Shown here: positions 61,901-64,000 of the stretch, one piece after another
Layout: each line of letters starts with the position of its first letter
How positions within the stretch are numbered: the stretch's first letter is position 1
Assembly: GCF_009914755.1 (NCBI RefSeq)
Contig: NC_060934.1
Length of the DNA stretch: 64,000 bases
Source: the human T2T-CHM13v2.0 reference genome, Homo sapiens
Direction: 5' to 3' (one strand)
The notes under the pieces: model-generated
Seen by the model: only the letters and a program-made list of their open reading frames with translations
Told to the model about the DNA's origin: nothing
Databases searched by the model: none
Made by a program: the position numbers and the translations under genes

Positions 61901-64000
61901 AGTGCTTTTTTGGACTTCATTGAGGCCTTCGTTGGAAACGGGATTTCTTCATACAATGCTAGACAGAAGAATTCTCAGTAACTTCTTTGTGTTGTGTGTG
62001 TTCAACTCACAGAGTTGAACCTTTCTTTAGAGAGAGCAGAGTTGAAACACTCTGTTTTTGGAATTTGCAAGGGCAGATTTCAAGCGATTCTAGGCCTATG
62101 GCAGAAAAGGAAATATCTTCGTATAAAAACTACACACAATCATTCTCAACAACTACTTTGTGATGTGTGCGTTCAACTCACAAAGTTTAACCTTTCTTTT
62201 CATAGAGCAGTTTGGAAACACTCTGTTTGTAAAGCCTGCAATCGCTTTTTTGGACTTCATTGAGGCCTTCGTTTGAAAGGGGATTTCTTCATATAATGCT
62301 AGACAGAAGAATTCTCAGTAAATCCTTTGTGTTGTGTGTATTCAACTCACAGAGTGAAACCTTCCTTTATTCAGAGCAGTTTTGAAAAACTCTTTTTGTG
62401 GAATTTGCAAGTGGAGATTTCAAGCGATTTGACGCCAATCTTAGACATGGAAATATCTTCATATTAAAAGTACACAGAGTCATTCGTAGAAACTAGGTTG
62501 TGATGTGTGCCTTCAACTCACAGAGTTTAACCTTTCTTTTCATAAAGCAGTTCGGAAACACTCTATTTGTAAAGTCTGCAAGTGGATATTTGGACCTCTT
62601 TGAGGCCTTCGTTGGAAACGGGATTTCTTCATATAACGCTAGACAGAAGAATTTTCAGTAACTTCTTTGTGTTGTGTGTATTCAACTCACAGATTTGAAC
62701 CTTTCTTTAGAGAGAGCAGAGTTGAAACACTCTTTTTGTGGAATTTGCTAGTGCAGATTTCAAACTCTTCGAAGACAGTGATAGAAAAGGATATATCTTC
62801 GTATTAAAACTAGATAAAATCATTCTCAGAAAACACTTTGTGAGGTGTGTTTTCAACTCACAGAGTTTAACCTTTCTTTAATCGAGCAGTTTGGAAACAC
62901 TCTATTTGAAAAGTCCGCAAGTGGATATTTGGACATCTTTGAGGCCTTCGTTGGAAACGGAATTTCTTCATACAACGCTAGACAGAAGAATTCTCAGTAA
63001 CTTCTTTGTGTTGTGTGTATTCAACTCACAGAGTTGAACCTTTCTTTAGAGAGAGCAGAGTTGAAACACTCTGTTTTTGGAATTTGCAAGTGCAGATTTG
63101 AAGCGATTCTAGGCCTATGGCAGAAAAGGAAATATCTTCGTATAAAAACTACACAGAATCATTCTCAACAACTACTTTGTGATGTGTGCGTTCAACTCAC
63201 AAAGTTTAACCTTTCTTTTCATAGAGCAGTTTGGAAAGACGCTGTTTGTAAAGCCTACAAGTGCTTTTTTGGACTTCATTGAGGCCTTCGTTGGAAACGG
63301 GATTTCTTCATATAATGCTAGACAGAAGAATTCTCAGTAAATCCTTTGTGTTGTGTTTATTCAACTCACAGAGTGGAACCTTCCTTTATTCAGAGCAGTT
63401 TTGAAACACTCTTTTTGTGGAATTTGCAAGTGGAGATTTCAAGCGATTTGACGCCAATCTTAGACATGGAAATATCTTCATATTAAACGTACACAGAATC
63501 ATTCGTAGAAACTAGTTTGTGATGTGTGCCTTCAACTCACAGAGTTTAACCTTTCTTTTCATAGAGCAGTTCGGAAACACTCTATTTGTAAAGTCTGCAA
63601 GTGGATATTTGGATCTCTTTGAGGCCTTCGTTGGAAACGGCATTTCTTCATATAACGCTAGACAGAAGAATTTTCAGTAACTTCTTTGTGTTGTGTGTAT
63701 TCAACTCACAGAGTTGAACCTTTCTTTAGAGAGAGCAGAGTTGAAACACTCTGTTTGTGGAATTTGCTAGTGCAGATTTCAAACGCTTCAAAGACAGTGA
63801 TAGAAAAGGATATATCTTCGTATTAAAACTAGACAAAATCATTCTCAGAAAACACTTTGTGATATGTGTGTTCAACTCACAGAGTTTAACCTTTCTTTAA
63901 TCGAGCAGTTTGGAAATACACTCTTTGTAAGTCTGCAGGTGGATAATTGGCCCTCTTTGAGCCCTTCGTTGGAAACGGGATTTCCTCATATAATGCTAGA
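40930..64000 (+). repeat. Right HOR haplotype domain: structurally variable, CENP-B boxes mostly intact
   Basis: A dimers start at 40930, 42966, 47040, 50774, 52130, 54506, 56538, 58575 and 60612 (spacings of 12, 24, 22, 8, 14, 12, 12, 12 monomers). B1 and A boxes mostly match the consensus. Confidence 0.85.
50774..52129 (+). repeat. 8-mer HOR of whole dimers A-B-D-C (1356 bp)
   Basis: Dimer order is A(50774) B(51112) D(51452) C2(51790) A(52130). The same A-B-D-C order occurs at 47040 and 60612. Confidence 0.85.

Larger units (their letters stand above)
1..64000 (+). repeat. Centromeric alpha-satellite higher-order repeat array (dimeric, SF1-type; tentatively human chr10 D10Z1 family)
   Basis: Uninterrupted ~170 bp monomers with alphoid motifs (CATTCTCAGAAACT..TTTGTGATGTGTG..TTCAACTCACAGAG). 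GAATTC occurs about every 339-340 bp and a CENP-B box position (CTTCGTTGGAAACGGGA) occurs once per dimer. The alphoid call is certain. The chr10 assignment rests on recall and on RsaI (GTAC) sites in B dimers spaced ~1.36 kb and 0.68 kb; it is only about 0.6 confident. Confidence 0.99.

Noticed and set aside
48-63282. Many 63-110 aa ORFs in about six recurring families
   Set aside because: They are chance frames of alpha satellite that recur with the HOR period. They overlap in different frames, mostly start at TTG or GTG, are broken freely by SNVs, and have no gene context.
45681-63675. Loss of EcoRI sites (GAATTTTCAG in several D dimers, GAACTCT ~50434, GACTTCT ~59594)
   Set aside because: These are ordinary SNVs that mark the right-domain haplotype; no separate function is supportable.
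1-64000. CRISPR-like appearance of conserved motifs recurring every ~340 bp
   Set aside because: The intervening sequence is itself repeated monomer sequence rather than unique spacers, and there are no cas genes.
1-64000. Possible L1/Alu insertion, inversion or unique-sequence island
   Set aside because: None was seen by eye: dimer spacing is continuous on one strand, with no poly(A) tail or target-site duplication.

Overview
The whole 64 kb window is primate (most likely human) centromeric alpha-satellite DNA in a single orientation. I see no genes, RNA genes, CRISPR array, transposon insertion or inversion, and every listed ORF is an artefact of the repeat. It is a dimeric array (~340 bp EcoRI dimers, one CENP-B-box position every second ~170 bp monomer) of suprachromosomal family 1 type, tentatively the chromosome 10 D10Z1 family. 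Four dimer classes, my labels A, B, C and D, build a dominant 12-monomer higher-order repeat (HOR) of 2037 bp: A-B1-C1-B2-D-C2. The window splits at about 40.4-41.3 kb into two haplotype domains. The left domain has regular 12-mers and 8-mer deletion variants, many broken CENP-B boxes and a 12,899 bp-offset macro-duplication. The right domain has mostly intact boxes, many structural HOR variants and a 13,572 bp-offset duplication. I found no new gene system; the interesting signal is array architecture and evolution. All alignments were done by eye.
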